Below, piece after piece: positions 29,643-38,794 of a stretch of DNA of 46,555 nucleotides. The stretch's first letter is position 1, and the number at the start of each line of letters is the position of its first letter. This stretch comes from Myxococcota bacterium (GTDB lineage Bacteria > Myxococcota_A > UBA796 > CAJQPC01): the NCBI GenBank assembly GCA_036229005.1, contig JAZAMN010000074.1:1-46555 (forward strand), written 5' to 3'. The position numbers and the translations under genes were made by a program. The notes below the pieces were generated by a model. That model searched no databases, was not told the origin of the DNA, and saw only the letters and a list, made by a program, of their open reading frames with translations.

Positions 29643-31493
29643 ATGCCGCTCGCCCTCGCTCTCCTTGGCCTCCTCGCCTGCGCAACGGATCTGGACACCG
29701 GCGAGGACACGCGGCTGGAGGACACCCAGGCCCCCTGCGAGGACCCGCAGCGCTGGTACCCGGATCAGGATGGGGACGGCGCTGGGGACGCCTCGGATCC
29801 GGGAATCCTGGCCTGCGAGGCCCCAGCGGGCATGGTGGCCGACAACAGCGACTGCGATGACACGGATCCGGCGTCCACGACGGCCCTGCAGGACCCGGAG
29901 TGCGACGGCTTCTACCTGCACGAGAACGGGGTGACGGTGCTCTGCCCGGAGGCGGCCATCGGCGCCACGGGGCAGGTGGGCACGCGCAGCTACACCCGGC
30001 TTGATGAGGCTGGGCTGCGGGCACTCTCCGAGTTCTCCAAGGACTGGTCCCAGGTCTGCACCAGCGGGGTCTCGGACACCTCGGGGCTCTTCGCGCACTT
30101 CGACGACTTCAACCAGGACATCGGGAGCTGGGACACCAGCAGCGTGACCGACATGTCCTCCATGTTCCAGAGCGCCGATGTGTTCGACCAGGACATCGGG
30201 AGCTGGGACACCAGCCGCGTGACCGACATGTCGTCCATGTTCCAGTACGCGCGCTGGTTCAACCAGGACATCGGGGGCTGGGACACGAGCCAGGTCACCA
30301 GCATGCGGAACATGTTCCGGTCCACCTGGTCCTTCGACCAGGACATCGGGGGCTGGGACACGGGCAGCGTCACGGACATGCTCGGCATGCTCGGTGGCAC
30401 GGAGGCCTTCAACCAGGACATCGGGGGCTGGGATACGGGCAGCGTCCAGAACATGGCCTACCTCTTCCACGACGCCGAGAGCTTCGACCAGGACATCAGC
30501 GGCTGGGACGTCAGCGAGGTGACCGACATGACCTGGATGTTCCACAGCGCCGGCGCCTTCGACCAGGACCTTGCCGCCTGGGACACGGGCGCGGTGGTCA
30601 CCATGTCCGGGATGTTCCAGGACGCGGACTTCAACCGGGACATCAGCGGCTGGGACACGAGCAGCGTGACCGACATGTCCTTCATGTTCTACCGGAACAC
30701 CGTCTTCGACCAGCCCATCGGGGGCTGGGACACCAGCGCTGTCAGTCAGATGGGCTCGATGTTCCGCTTCGCCTCCGCCTTCGACCAGCCGCTGGGGGAC
30801 TGGGACACCGGCGCGGTCACCGACATGTCGGGGCTGTTCGCCGGGGCCAGCGCGTTCAACCAGGACCTCGGCGGCTGGGACACCCACAGGGTGGTCTCCA
30901 TGCGCTTGATGTTCTACGAGGCGAGCGCCTTCGACCAGGACCTCGGGGCCTGGGACGTCAGCGGGGTGCAGGACTTTGTGGGCATGTTCAGACAGAGCAC
31001 CTTCAACCAGGACATCTCCGGGTGGGAGCTGGACAGCGCCACCGACATCCGGTGGATGTTCCAGGACAACCCGGCGTTCAATCAGGACCTCGGGGGCTGG
31101 GACGTCAGCGGTGTCACCCAGCTCTCCGGGGTGTTCGACGGCGCCAGCGCATTCAACCAGGACCTCGGGGGCTGGGATCTGAGCAGCGCCACGTCAACAG
31201 CGGCCATGTTCCGGAACGCGGCGGCCTTCAACCAGGACCTCGGGGGCTGGGATGTGGGCGCTGTGACCGACTTCTCCAGCATGTTCCAGGGGGCGTCTGC
31301 CTTCGACCAGGACCTCAGCGGCTGGGATGTCAGCAGCGCGACGGTCATGCAGGAGATGTTCCAGGCCGCAGCGCGCTTCAACCAGGACCTCAGCGCCTGG
31401 TGTGTCTCCAACTTCGAGCGGGAGCCCTTGGACTTCGCGGATGCCGCCTCCAGTTGGACTGAGCCGCAGCCGGTGTGGGGGACCTGTCCCTGA
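29643..31493 (+). CDS. DUF285/BspA-like surface lipoprotein with 25-aa repeats
   Basis: [25 protein letters not shown]...DCDDTD metal-binding-type motif; 18 repeats of F(N/D)QDxxxWDxSxVTDMxxMF. Confidence 0.93.
   Translation: MPLALALLGLLACATDLDTGEDTRLEDTQAPCEDPQRWYPDQDGDGAGDASDPGILACEAPAGMVADNSDCDDTDPASTTALQDPECDGFYLHENGVTVLCPEAAIGATGQVGTRSYTRLDEAGLRALSEFSKDWSQVCTSGVSDTSGLFAHFDDFNQDIGSWDTSSVTDMSSMFQSADVFDQDIGSWDTSRVTDMSSMFQYARWFNQDIGGWDTSQVTSMRNMFRSTWSFDQDIGGWDTGSVTDMLGMLGGTEAFNQDIGGWDTGSVQNMAYLFHDAESFDQDISGWDVSEVTDMTWMFHSAGAFDQDLAAWDTGAVVTMSGMFQDADFNRDISGWDTSSVTDMSFMFYRNTVFDQPIGGWDTSAVSQMGSMFRFASAFDQPLGDWDTGAVTDMSGLFAGASAFNQDLGGWDTHRVVSMRLMFYEASAFDQDLGAWDVSGVQDFVGMFRQSTFNQDISGWELDSATDIRWMFQDNPAFNQDLGGWDVSGVTQLSGVFDGASAFNQDLGGWDLSSATSTAAMFRNAAAFNQDLGGWDVGAVTDFSSMFQGASAFDQDLSGWDVSSATVMQEMFQAAARFNQDLSAWCVSNFEREPLDFADAASSWTEPQPVWGTCP
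30108..31400 (+). repeat. Coding tandem repeat of about 75 bp x18 (DUF285)
   Basis: Recurrent ttc(a/g)accaggac(a/c)tcggg.gctggga units, in frame within the CDS. Confidence 0.88.
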
Positions 31494-31574
31494 GCGGGGC
31501 ACTGCGGATGCAACGGGCTTGTGACGGCAGGCCGCCTGGGGCAGGATGCAGGTCCAACCCTGGAGACAAGCCCC

Positions 31575-32942
31575 ATGTCCCTGTCTACGCCCCTTCTCGT
31601 CCTGGCCCTGTGGGGCTGCAAGGACGGCGCCACCGATGACACCGCCACCACCACCGGCTGCGAGGCCTACCCCGAGCCCTGCGTGTTCGTGGACCCCCAG
31701 GACCCAGACGCCGACCTGCTGGAGGTCGTCAACGATCTGAGCGACGGCACCACCATCGTGCTGGGCGTGGGCACCTTCAACCTGCAGAACGAGGTCGCCA
31801 TCAACGGCGTCACCGACATCACCCTGACCGGGCAGGGGATGGATCGCAGCATCCTGGACTTCTCGGAGATGGCCGTGCAGGGCAACGGGGTGTTCGCCGT
31901 GGGGGACGGGTTCACCATCCAGGACCTGACCATCTCCAACCCCATCAAGGACGGCCTGCGGATCGAGGACAGCGAGGACATCACCATCACCCGCGTGCGC
32001 GCCACCTGGGACAGCGCCAGCTCCGAGAACGGGGGCTACGGGCTCTACCCGGTGCGGGTGCGCAACGTGCTCCTGCAGGACTCCGAGGCCTTCCACGCCG
32101 CCGACGCGGGCATCTACGTGGGCCAGTGCACCAACGCCGTCGTGCGCAACAACCTGGCCAAGGGCAACGTGGCGGGCATCGAGATCGAGAACACCCAGTA
32201 CGCCGACGTCTACGGCAACACCGCCACCGACAACACCGGCGGGCTGGTGGTGTTCGACCTGCCCGGCAACCCCATCGTGGGCCACGACGTCTACATCCAC
32301 GACAACACCATCGTGGACAACAACCGGGCCAACTTCGCGCCCGGCGGCACCGTCGCCGCCATCCCCGCGGGGACCGGGACCTTCGCCATGGCGTCCCGGC
32401 GGGTCGTCATCACCGGCAACACCTACGAGAACAACGACAGCGTGGACATCGCCCTGATCAGCGGCCTGATCATCGAGTCCGACCCCGAGGTCTGGGCCCT
32501 GGACCCGGCCGAGCTCGTCGGGGACGCGGGCAAGCTCAGCTATGACGAGGCCGACGGCAAGGTCTACAACTTCCGCACCCACGACGTCTACATCCACGGC
32601 AACAGCTACTCGGGCAGCGGCACCAACCCCGACACCAGCGACGCCGAGGTCCGCGAGCTGGGCTTCCTGCTCAAGCTGCTCTTTGGCGATGACCCCGTCT
32701 CCACGGTGCTCTACGACGGCATCGGCGAGAGCGCGTTCTCGACCACGGAGGCCTCCGGGAACTCCAACGACAACGTGATCTGCGTGGGCGCCGACACCCC
32801 CAGCTTCATGAACTTCTACATCGAAGGCCAGGGCGCCATCCCCAAGGCCGAGAACACCTACCAGCCGACCTCGCCCTTTGAGCCCTACAACTGCAGCGCC
32901 CTGACCGGCGGCGAGATCGACCAGCCGGACATGGTGTACTGA
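31575..32942 (+). CDS. Parallel beta-helix repeat lipoprotein (TIGR03805-like)
   Basis: LALWGC lipobox; NGGYGLYPV, ADAGIYVGQ, GNVAGIEIEN, NTGGLVVFDLP, NFAPGGTV..IPAGTG; paired with the downstream diheme gene. Confidence 0.88.
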   Translation: MSLSTPLLVLALWGCKDGATDDTATTTGCEAYPEPCVFVDPQDPDADLLEVVNDLSDGTTIVLGVGTFNLQNEVAINGVTDITLTGQGMDRSILDFSEMAVQGNGVFAVGDGFTIQDLTISNPIKDGLRIEDSEDITITRVRATWDSASSENGGYGLYPVRVRNVLLQDSEAFHAADAGIYVGQCTNAVVRNNLAKGNVAGIEIENTQYADVYGNTATDNTGGLVVFDLPGNPIVGHDVYIHDNTIVDNNRANFAPGGTVAAIPAGTGTFAMASRRVVITGNTYENNDSVDIALISGLIIESDPEVWALDPAELVGDAGKLSYDEADGKVYNFRTHDVYIHGNSYSGSGTNPDTSDAEVRELGFLLKLLFGDDPVSTVLYDGIGESAFSTTEASGNSNDNVICVGADTPSFMNFYIEGQGAIPKAENTYQPTSPFEPYNCSALTGGEIDQPDMVY

Positions 32943-34078
32943 TGTGGCTGGCCCTTGTTGTCCTCGCTGGTGGGTGCAAGTCCGGGGGAGACGCGGTGGA
33001 CTCGAGCCCCGGGAGTTGGACCCCCAGCGTGCCCCAGGCCGACCAGCCCTTCGAGACCCTGGACGCCTACGGAATGGTGCGCTGGGACCCCCAGACCAGC
33101 GCGCTGGAGTACAACGAGGGCGTGCTGCCCTACACCCTGAACACGCCGCTGTTCTCGGACTACACGACCAAGCGACGGGCGGTGTACCTGCCGCCAGGGG
33201 AGAGCGCGGGCTTCGTGGACGAGGGCGTGCTGGAGTTCCCGGTGGGCACCGTCATCCTCAAGCACTTCCTGCTCCCGGCGGACCTGCGGGCGCCCGACAC
33301 AGAGCTGCGCCTGCTGGAGACCCGCGTGCTGATCCGCCAGGCCGAGGGCTGGGAGCAGTGGCCCTACACCTGGGCCGAAGACGGCAGCGGCGCCGAGCTG
33401 GACAAGGGCGGAGAGGTCCTGTCCCTGAGCACCATCGACCTTGAGGGCGCGCCCCTGTCGTTCACCTACCTGGTCCCCCAGAAGAACCAGTGCGCCGAGT
33501 GCCACCTGATCGCCGACTCCCCCGGGGACACCGCCGCCGAAGCCCACACGGTCGTGCCCATTGGGCCCACGGCCAGGAATTTGAATCGGGACTTTGGGTA
33601 TACGGACGGCGTGGCCAACCAACTCGAGCGCTGGGCTGAGCTGGGCCTCCTCGCCGATCTCCCCGCAGTCGAGGACATCGGTGCCGCGACCGTGGACGCC
33701 GCCGACCTGGACCTGGAGACCGCCACGCCGGAGCAGGTCGAGCAGGCGGCGCGGGACTACCTGGACATCAACTGCGCGCACTGCCACCGGCCCGAGGGCG
33801 TCAACGGGGTCAGCTCGCAGCTCTTCCTGAACCACGACAACCAGGACCCGCACTCGCTGGGGGTGTGCAAGAAGCCGGGCTCGGCGGCCGGGGGGACCGG
33901 CGGGTTCACCTACGACATCGTGCCGGGCAAGCCCGAGGAGTCCATCCTGATCTACCGGATGGAGACGGACGATCTGGGCAGCATCATGCCGCTGCTGGGC
34001 CGGAGCCTGGTGCACCAGGAGGGCAACGCGCTGGTCTCCCAGTGGATCGCGAACATGGAGCCCGTCCCCTGCGAATAG
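32942..34078 (+). CDS. SO2930-family (TIGR03806-like) diheme c-type cytochrome lipoprotein
   Basis: Two CxxCH motifs (CAECH, CAHCH); PYTLNTPLFSDY, LLETRVL, DIVPGKPEESIL, MPLLGRSLVH; TGATG coupling. Confidence 0.9.
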   Translation: MWLALVVLAGGCKSGGDAVDSSPGSWTPSVPQADQPFETLDAYGMVRWDPQTSALEYNEGVLPYTLNTPLFSDYTTKRRAVYLPPGESAGFVDEGVLEFPVGTVILKHFLLPADLRAPDTELRLLETRVLIRQAEGWEQWPYTWAEDGSGAELDKGGEVLSLSTIDLEGAPLSFTYLVPQKNQCAECHLIADSPGDTAAEAHTVVPIGPTARNLNRDFGYTDGVANQLERWAELGLLADLPAVEDIGAATVDAADLDLETATPEQVEQAARDYLDINCAHCHRPEGVNGVSSQLFLNHDNQDPHSLGVCKKPGSAAGGTGGFTYDIVPGKPEESILIYRMETDDLGSIMPLLGRSLVHQEGNALVSQWIANMEPVPCE

Positions 34079-34079
34079 G

Positions 34080-34180
34080 CCGGCAGAACGCGAGCCCGAG
34101 TGGGCCCGCGGAGAACCAGTTCTGCCGGGCAAGAGTTCCAAACAGGCCCGTCCGGCAGAACACGGGCCCGAGTGGGCCCG
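34080..34180. repeat. REP-like intergenic element: two 29-bp direct repeats, the first closing a hairpin
   Basis: 34080-34108 vs 34152-34180 match 27/29; CCGGCAGAAC (34080-34089) is perfectly inverted at 34119-34128; lies between convergent genes. Confidence 0.7.
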
Positions 34181-34292
34181 AGTGGGCTGCGCCGCAAGGC
34201 GCTTTTCCGGGGGTGTCCCCCGGAGAAGACAATAGTTCTCTGGAGCATGAGTTCCGGCACGCGAAGAGTGTCGGCCCTCATGCTTCGGAGAA

Positions 34293-35813
34293 CTACTCGC
34301 AGTCCTGGGCCTCGGTGTACTCGACGCGCAGCTCGTCGCCGATGTCCAGGCCGGCGCTCAGGCCATCCACGATCAGCACCTGCTGGTGGTCATCCCAGGT
34401 CCACGCGCTCAAGCGGCGGCTGCCTTCGTAGACCTCCAGGGTCTCGGGCACGGGCTCGCGCGCCAGGACGATGCGCTGCTCCTGCTGGGAGCGGGCGGCG
34501 GAGAGCTGCGCGAGGGCCTGGAAGAAGGTGTCCCAGTCCTGCAGGCAGGCATCCAGGTTCACCCCGCCGCTGGCGGAAGCCAGCTCCTCCAGGACCTCCG
34601 GGGTCTCACAGTTCGGGGTCCGTCCCGCCACCGAGGACACCATCAGCTCCCCCGACGCGGCGTGGGCGGACAGGGCGCTGTACCACTGGCTGGCGTTGCC
34701 CTCGCTGCTCTCGCCGTCCGCGCTGATCACGACCACGTGCAGGTGGGCGTCGGCGCGCAGGAAGCCGTCCAGGCACTCGCCGGGGTCGCTGCGCTCCAGG
34801 GTGGCGTTGGCCAGGTCCAGGAGCTGCCGGGTGCCTCCGCCCGCGGGGTTCAGCCCGTAGGCCAGCGCCAGGCCCGCCGCGTCCGCGGGCCACCCGGCGG
34901 CGCTCAGGTAGGGAGCGTAGGTGCTGTGGCAGTCGGCCTCACCGTTGGCCACCGACACCTGCCAGTCCACGTTGCCGGCGTTGAAGGCGTCAAAGAGGCT
35001 CTGGGTCCACGGCTGGGCCAGCAGCAGGGTGTTCTGGTTTGTGGGGCCCGAGTCCACCACGAACAGCAGGTCCACTCGGGAGCCCGGGAGGTAGTCGTGC
35101 TGCTCCTGGAGCGCCGCGCCAGCAACGCCCAAGCCCTGGACCGTGACCCCCGTGCTGGGGTGGAGGGGATCGTTGCTCTCGACGCGGATGGTCGTACCGC
35201 GCTCGCCGGCGCTCAGGGGGCTGAACTCCAGGTCCAGGGTGAGCTGCTGGCCAGGGCCCAGGGTGTCGACGCTGGGGTGATGCAGGCTGAAGCCCAGGCC
35301 CTCGTCCAGGGTGATGGCGTCGATCTCCAGGGCCTCGCTCCCGTCGTTGAGCAGGGCCAGCGAGGTGGTGGCGTCGCAACCCACGGCGACGGCCCCCAGG
35401 TGCTCCTGGGTGGGGAGCAGGCGGGCGACGGGCGCGGTGGCGTTGCCCTCCAGGCTCAGGGTGCCGTCGCGCCAGGCCAGCGCGGCGGAGTGGGTGCCCT
35501 CGGTCTCGGGGGCGTAGCGCAGGGTGAGGTCCAAGGACTCACCGGGGCCCAGCTCGATGATGGCGGGGGCGTCGTGGGAGAACGCCGGGTCGTCGACCAG
35601 CCACACCAGCGAGGCCGCGCGGGCCTGCTCACCGTCGTTCTCCAGCCGAACGCTGAGCTCCTGGGGGCCGTCCAGCAGCACGGAGCGCTCGCCAAAGTCC
35701 AGGTGGCTGCGGTCCGCGGAGATCACCCCGGGCTCGGTGACGACGTCCACCGGGTCGGGGCTGAGTTGGATGGGCCCGAAGGGCTCACACGCGGCAAAGA
35801 GGAGCAGGAGCAC
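34293..35813 (-). CDS. Lipoprotein with two ASPM/Hydin-type (choice-of-anchor D) Ig domains and a vWA-like domain
   Basis: MLLLLFAAC; LDFGE..V.LENDG, L.NDG...L.I, ESNDP; VDLLFVVDS, GFLRADAHLHVVVISAD.E. Confidence 0.78.
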   Translation of the reverse strand: MLLLLFAACEPFGPIQLSPDPVDVVTEPGVISADRSHLDFGERSVLLDGPQELSVRLENDGEQARAASLVWLVDDPAFSHDAPAIIELGPGESLDLTLRYAPETEGTHSAALAWRDGTLSLEGNATAPVARLLPTQEHLGAVAVGCDATTSLALLNDGSEALEIDAITLDEGLGFSLHHPSVDTLGPGQQLTLDLEFSPLSAGERGTTIRVESNDPLHPSTGVTVQGLGVAGAALQEQHDYLPGSRVDLLFVVDSGPTNQNTLLLAQPWTQSLFDAFNAGNVDWQVSVANGEADCHSTYAPYLSAAGWPADAAGLALAYGLNPAGGGTRQLLDLANATLERSDPGECLDGFLRADAHLHVVVISADGESSEGNASQWYSALSAHAASGELMVSSVAGRTPNCETPEVLEELASASGGVNLDACLQDWDTFFQALAQLSAARSQQEQRIVLAREPVPETLEVYEGSRRLSAWTWDDHQQVLIVDGLSAGLDIGDELRVEYTEAQDCE

Positions 35814-35882
35814 CCGCGCACTTTACACCCCCTGGACGCGCTGTGCAGGGCGCAGGCAGGCCCTCCGCGAGCTCCTGGAGGC

Positions 35883-37493
35883 TCAGCGCTGGCCGTAGCC
35901 CAGAGCCAGCCCGTGCTGCCAGTAGCCGGGGAGCTCGGAGATGGCGGGGGTCGCGACGTAGCGGCTGTCGGCGCGGAGCACCAGGTTGCGGTCGCCCAGG
36001 GGAACGCGCCAGGCGACGCGGGCGCCCACGGGCATGAGCAAGGTGGCCTGCCGCTGTACCCGCTGGGTGCTGCCGTCGTAGCCGGAGGCGTAGCGCCAGC
36101 CCAGGCCGACCTCCGCCGCGGGGCCCACGCTCAGAGGGACGCGCTGGGCCTGCCAGGCCAGGGTGGGGCCGAAGGCGACCACGCCGGAGCTGGGGGTCAC
36201 CTGGTCGTCGAACGCGGTCTGACCGTGGCCATAGGTGGCCTGGGTGTGGAGGTCGAGGAGGAGCCAGCGCGGACCCCAATCGGGGCGCACCCACGCGGCC
36301 TCGAGCTGGCCCGCCATCTGTGAGACCGGCGCCGCCTGCGAGGACACCACGAGCCCGCCGGACAGCTCCCAGCTTGGGCGCAGATCCGGGAAGAGGTCTT
36401 CGACCATGAGGGTCTCGCCGGCGCGCACATGCACGGTCTTGCGCACGAGCTGTCGGCCGCTGTCGTCCTGTACCTCGATGGTGTGGATGCCGGGCTCCAG
36501 GGGGACGACCTCGGGCAGCACGCCGCGGGCCTGGCCGTCCACCAGGACGCTGGCGCTGGCCAGCAGGGAGTCGGTGGCGGCCAGTAGGGCGCGCTCGGCG
36601 GCGGAGCGGGTGGCCTGGTTGCCGGCCAGGTAGATCTCCTCGCGCCCCACGATGCGGTACTCGGCGCGCGGGGTCTGCATGCCGCCGGTGTAGGTCATGG
36701 TGTGGTCGCGGGCCCAGTCGTGGGCCTCGTGCACGTCCACCAGCCCGTCCCCGTCCAGGTCGGCCTGGCCGGCGGCGCTGGAGATGGCCTGGATGAGGAA
36801 GTGGGTGTAGACGCCGTTCTCCAGCTCGGGGGTCTCCATCGCGGGCTGGTAGTACTCGGCGGCGAAGAGCCGCACCTCGGACTCGGAGACCTGGCGCAGC
36901 TCCCGGGGGGCGGGGGGCTCGCCGCGGAGCTGGCTGAGGGTCTGGGCGGTCTGGGGGCTCAGGCTGGAGCGGGCGCCCTCGGCCGTGCGCCCGTTGTGGC
37001 AGGTGTCCATGATGAGCACGCGGCGGCGGGCCTCGACGTCGCCCACCTCCTGCTCCAGCCAGTCCACGGCGATGCCGGTGCCGTCGGGATCCGCGAGGGC
37101 GCCGTCCGAGGGCAGGAACCACAGCTCGGTGCCGTCCTGGGCGTCCAGGGTCAGGGTGCCGTGGCCGGAGAGGTAGAGCACGAAGGTGTCGTCGCGCTGC
37201 AGGTCCGCGGTGGCCAGGGCCAGGGCCTTGAGGATGCCGTCGCGGGTGGTGGCGTCGCTGCCGGTGACGGTGTGCACGCGGTCGAAGGCGCCCAGGCTGG
37301 GGTCCTGGAGCACAGCGCCAAGGTCGGTGGCGTCCTTGGCGGCGAACTGCAGGGTGCCCAGGGCGGGGTCCTGGTACTGGTCGACGCCGATCAGCAGGGC
37401 CACGCGCTGGGGGGCGTAGACGGCGTCGAGATCCACGTTGGCCGTCCCCAGGCTGCCGGCGACGGCGGCGCTGTTCAGCAGGGCGAGGATCAT
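35883..37493 (-). CDS. Secreted caspase-family (peptidase C14) protein with a PEGA domain and possible beta-barrel C-terminus
   Basis: ALLIGVDQY, L.FAAKDA, YLSGHG (catalytic His), IMDTCHNG (catalytic Cys), GVYTHFL, Q.P; VDG..RG...LEPGIHTIEV PEGA. Confidence 0.88.
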   Translation of the reverse strand: MILALLNSAAVAGSLGTANVDLDAVYAPQRVALLIGVDQYQDPALGTLQFAAKDATDLGAVLQDPSLGAFDRVHTVTGSDATTRDGILKALALATADLQRDDTFVLYLSGHGTLTLDAQDGTELWFLPSDGALADPDGTGIAVDWLEQEVGDVEARRRVLIMDTCHNGRTAEGARSSLSPQTAQTLSQLRGEPPAPRELRQVSESEVRLFAAEYYQPAMETPELENGVYTHFLIQAISSAAGQADLDGDGLVDVHEAHDWARDHTMTYTGGMQTPRAEYRIVGREEIYLAGNQATRSAAERALLAATDSLLASASVLVDGQARGVLPEVVPLEPGIHTIEVQDDSGRQLVRKTVHVRAGETLMVEDLFPDLRPSWELSGGLVVSSQAAPVSQMAGQLEAAWVRPDWGPRWLLLDLHTQATYGHGQTAFDDQVTPSSGVVAFGPTLAWQAQRVPLSVGPAAEVGLGWRYASGYDGSTQRVQRQATLLMPVGARVAWRVPLGDRNLVLRADSRYVATPAISELPGYWQHGLALGYGQR

Positions 37494-38242
37494 GGGGTCA
37501 CCTGGATGGTTCGGGCATCACAGTAGCGGCCCCTGGCCAGGGCCGCGCGACAGAGGGCGTCGGGGTCGTCCGCGCTCTGCAGTTCGAGCTGGAGCTGCTC
37601 GGCGCTGAGGGGGGACTCCGCGCTGATCAGGGCGAAGGTGCCGCTGGGGTCCCCGGCGTCGATCTGCCAGTAGAGCGGCTCGCCGTCCAGGCGCAGGTCG
37701 TCGCTGCCGGCGGCCACGCTCTGGGTGTGCAGCAGCTCCAGCCCACTGGGGTCCACGTGGATCAGGTGCACGTGGGCGGCGCGGTCGGCCTTGTAGCGGA
37801 AGAAGAGGCGGTCCCCGGCGCGCAGGCTGCGCTGGGTGGAGAGGCGCTCCAGCTCGCCGTCGCGCCAGGTGGACATCTCCATGTGCACCGGGGGGGCGTT
37901 CAGCTCGGAGCCGCGGGGGGTGAACTGTGCGGGGTCGCCGACCTCGGGCGGTCCGAGCTGCACGACCAGCAGCGCAGCAGCGGCCGCCGCGAGGCCAGCG
38001 AAAGCGAAGGGGCTGCGCCACCAGGGGCGGGTGTCGTTGGCGGGGGCCAGCGGCTCCGGGGGCGGCGCGGTGGGGGAGGGCATCGTGAGGCCCGAGGCGG
38101 CGTCGCGCTCGGCTTGGATCAGGGCCAGGGTGTCCTCGCCGAGACCGGGGGGCAGCGAGATGTCCGCGAAGTCCTGGAGCTCGGCGGTGGGGCAGGGAGC
38201 GTCGTCCTCCAGCAGCCACTCCATCAAGGGATCCTGGCTCAT
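37490..38242 (-). CDS. Putative anti-sigma factor: single TM plus DUF4384-like extracytoplasmic domain
   Basis: Coupled by ATGA overlaps to both the ECF sigma and caspase genes; TM FAFAGLAAAAAALLVV; RG...LRAGDRLFFRY....HVHLIHVD..G. Confidence 0.7.
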   Translation of the reverse strand: MSQDPLMEWLLEDDAPCPTAELQDFADISLPPGLGEDTLALIQAERDAASGLTMPSPTAPPPEPLAPANDTRPWWRSPFAFAGLAAAAAALLVVQLGPPEVGDPAQFTPRGSELNAPPVHMEMSTWRDGELERLSTQRSLRAGDRLFFRYKADRAAHVHLIHVDPSGLELLHTQSVAAGSDDLRLDGEPLYWQIDAGDPSGTFALISAESPLSAEQLQLELQSADDPDALCRAALARGRYCDARTIQVTP

Positions 38243-38784
38243 GCGGCCCCCCCGTCGCGGAGGTAGTCGCGGAGGAATGCGCGGGCCCTGGAGATCCGAG
38301 CGCGGGCGTTGGCCGGGCTGATGTCGAGCTGGGCGGCGATCTCGCGGTGGTCCATGCCGTGCACGACGCCCAAGAGGAAGGCGTCCTTGAGGGTGTCGGG
38401 GAGGGCGTCGATGGCCTTCTCCAGGGTCAGGCGCTGGGCGTGCTCGGCGGCCGGGACGCTGCGCCCCAGGGGGCGGTCGGGCTCGATGGCGACGGTGTCC
38501 ACCTGCCGCTGCTGTTTGCGCCCGCTGTCCCGGAAGGTGTTCACGGCGATGCCGAAGAGCCAGGGCTTGAAGGGCTGCCCGGCCTGGTAGCTGTCGGAGA
38601 AGCGGTGCACCTTGAGCCAGGTGTCCTGGAAGAGCTCGGAGGCCCGCTGCTCGTCCCCGCTGCGGCGCCGCAGGTAGCCGAACAGACCCTTCCCGTGCCG
38701 CTGGAAGAGCAGCTCAAAGGCCTGGGCGTTGCCGGCTTGGACCTGGACCATCAGCTCCTCGTCGGTGAGGGAGAGCAGTGACAT
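38239..38784 (-). CDS. ECF-type RNA polymerase sigma-70 factor
   Basis: DEELM..VQAG...AFELLF.RH, ELFQDTWLKV, F.PWLFGIAVN, EIAAQLDIS...RARISRAR. Confidence 0.93.
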   Translation of the reverse strand: MSLLSLTDEELMVQVQAGNAQAFELLFQRHGKGLFGYLRRRSGDEQRASELFQDTWLKVHRFSDSYQAGQPFKPWLFGIAVNTFRDSGRKQQRQVDTVAIEPDRPLGRSVPAAEHAQRLTLEKAIDALPDTLKDAFLLGVVHGMDHREIAAQLDISPANARARISRARAFLRDYLRDGGAA

Positions 38785-38794
38785 TCGACTGCCT

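Noticed and set aside
30108..31400. Regular repeats of about 75 bp resembling a CRISPR array
   Set aside because: They are in-frame coding repeats (DUF285) with synonymous variation, no unique spacers and no cas genes.
34080..34180. 29-bp repeat with a 43-bp spacer as a mini-CRISPR
   Set aside because: Only two copies, the spacer contains the inverted arm of the repeat, and there is no leader or cas gene.
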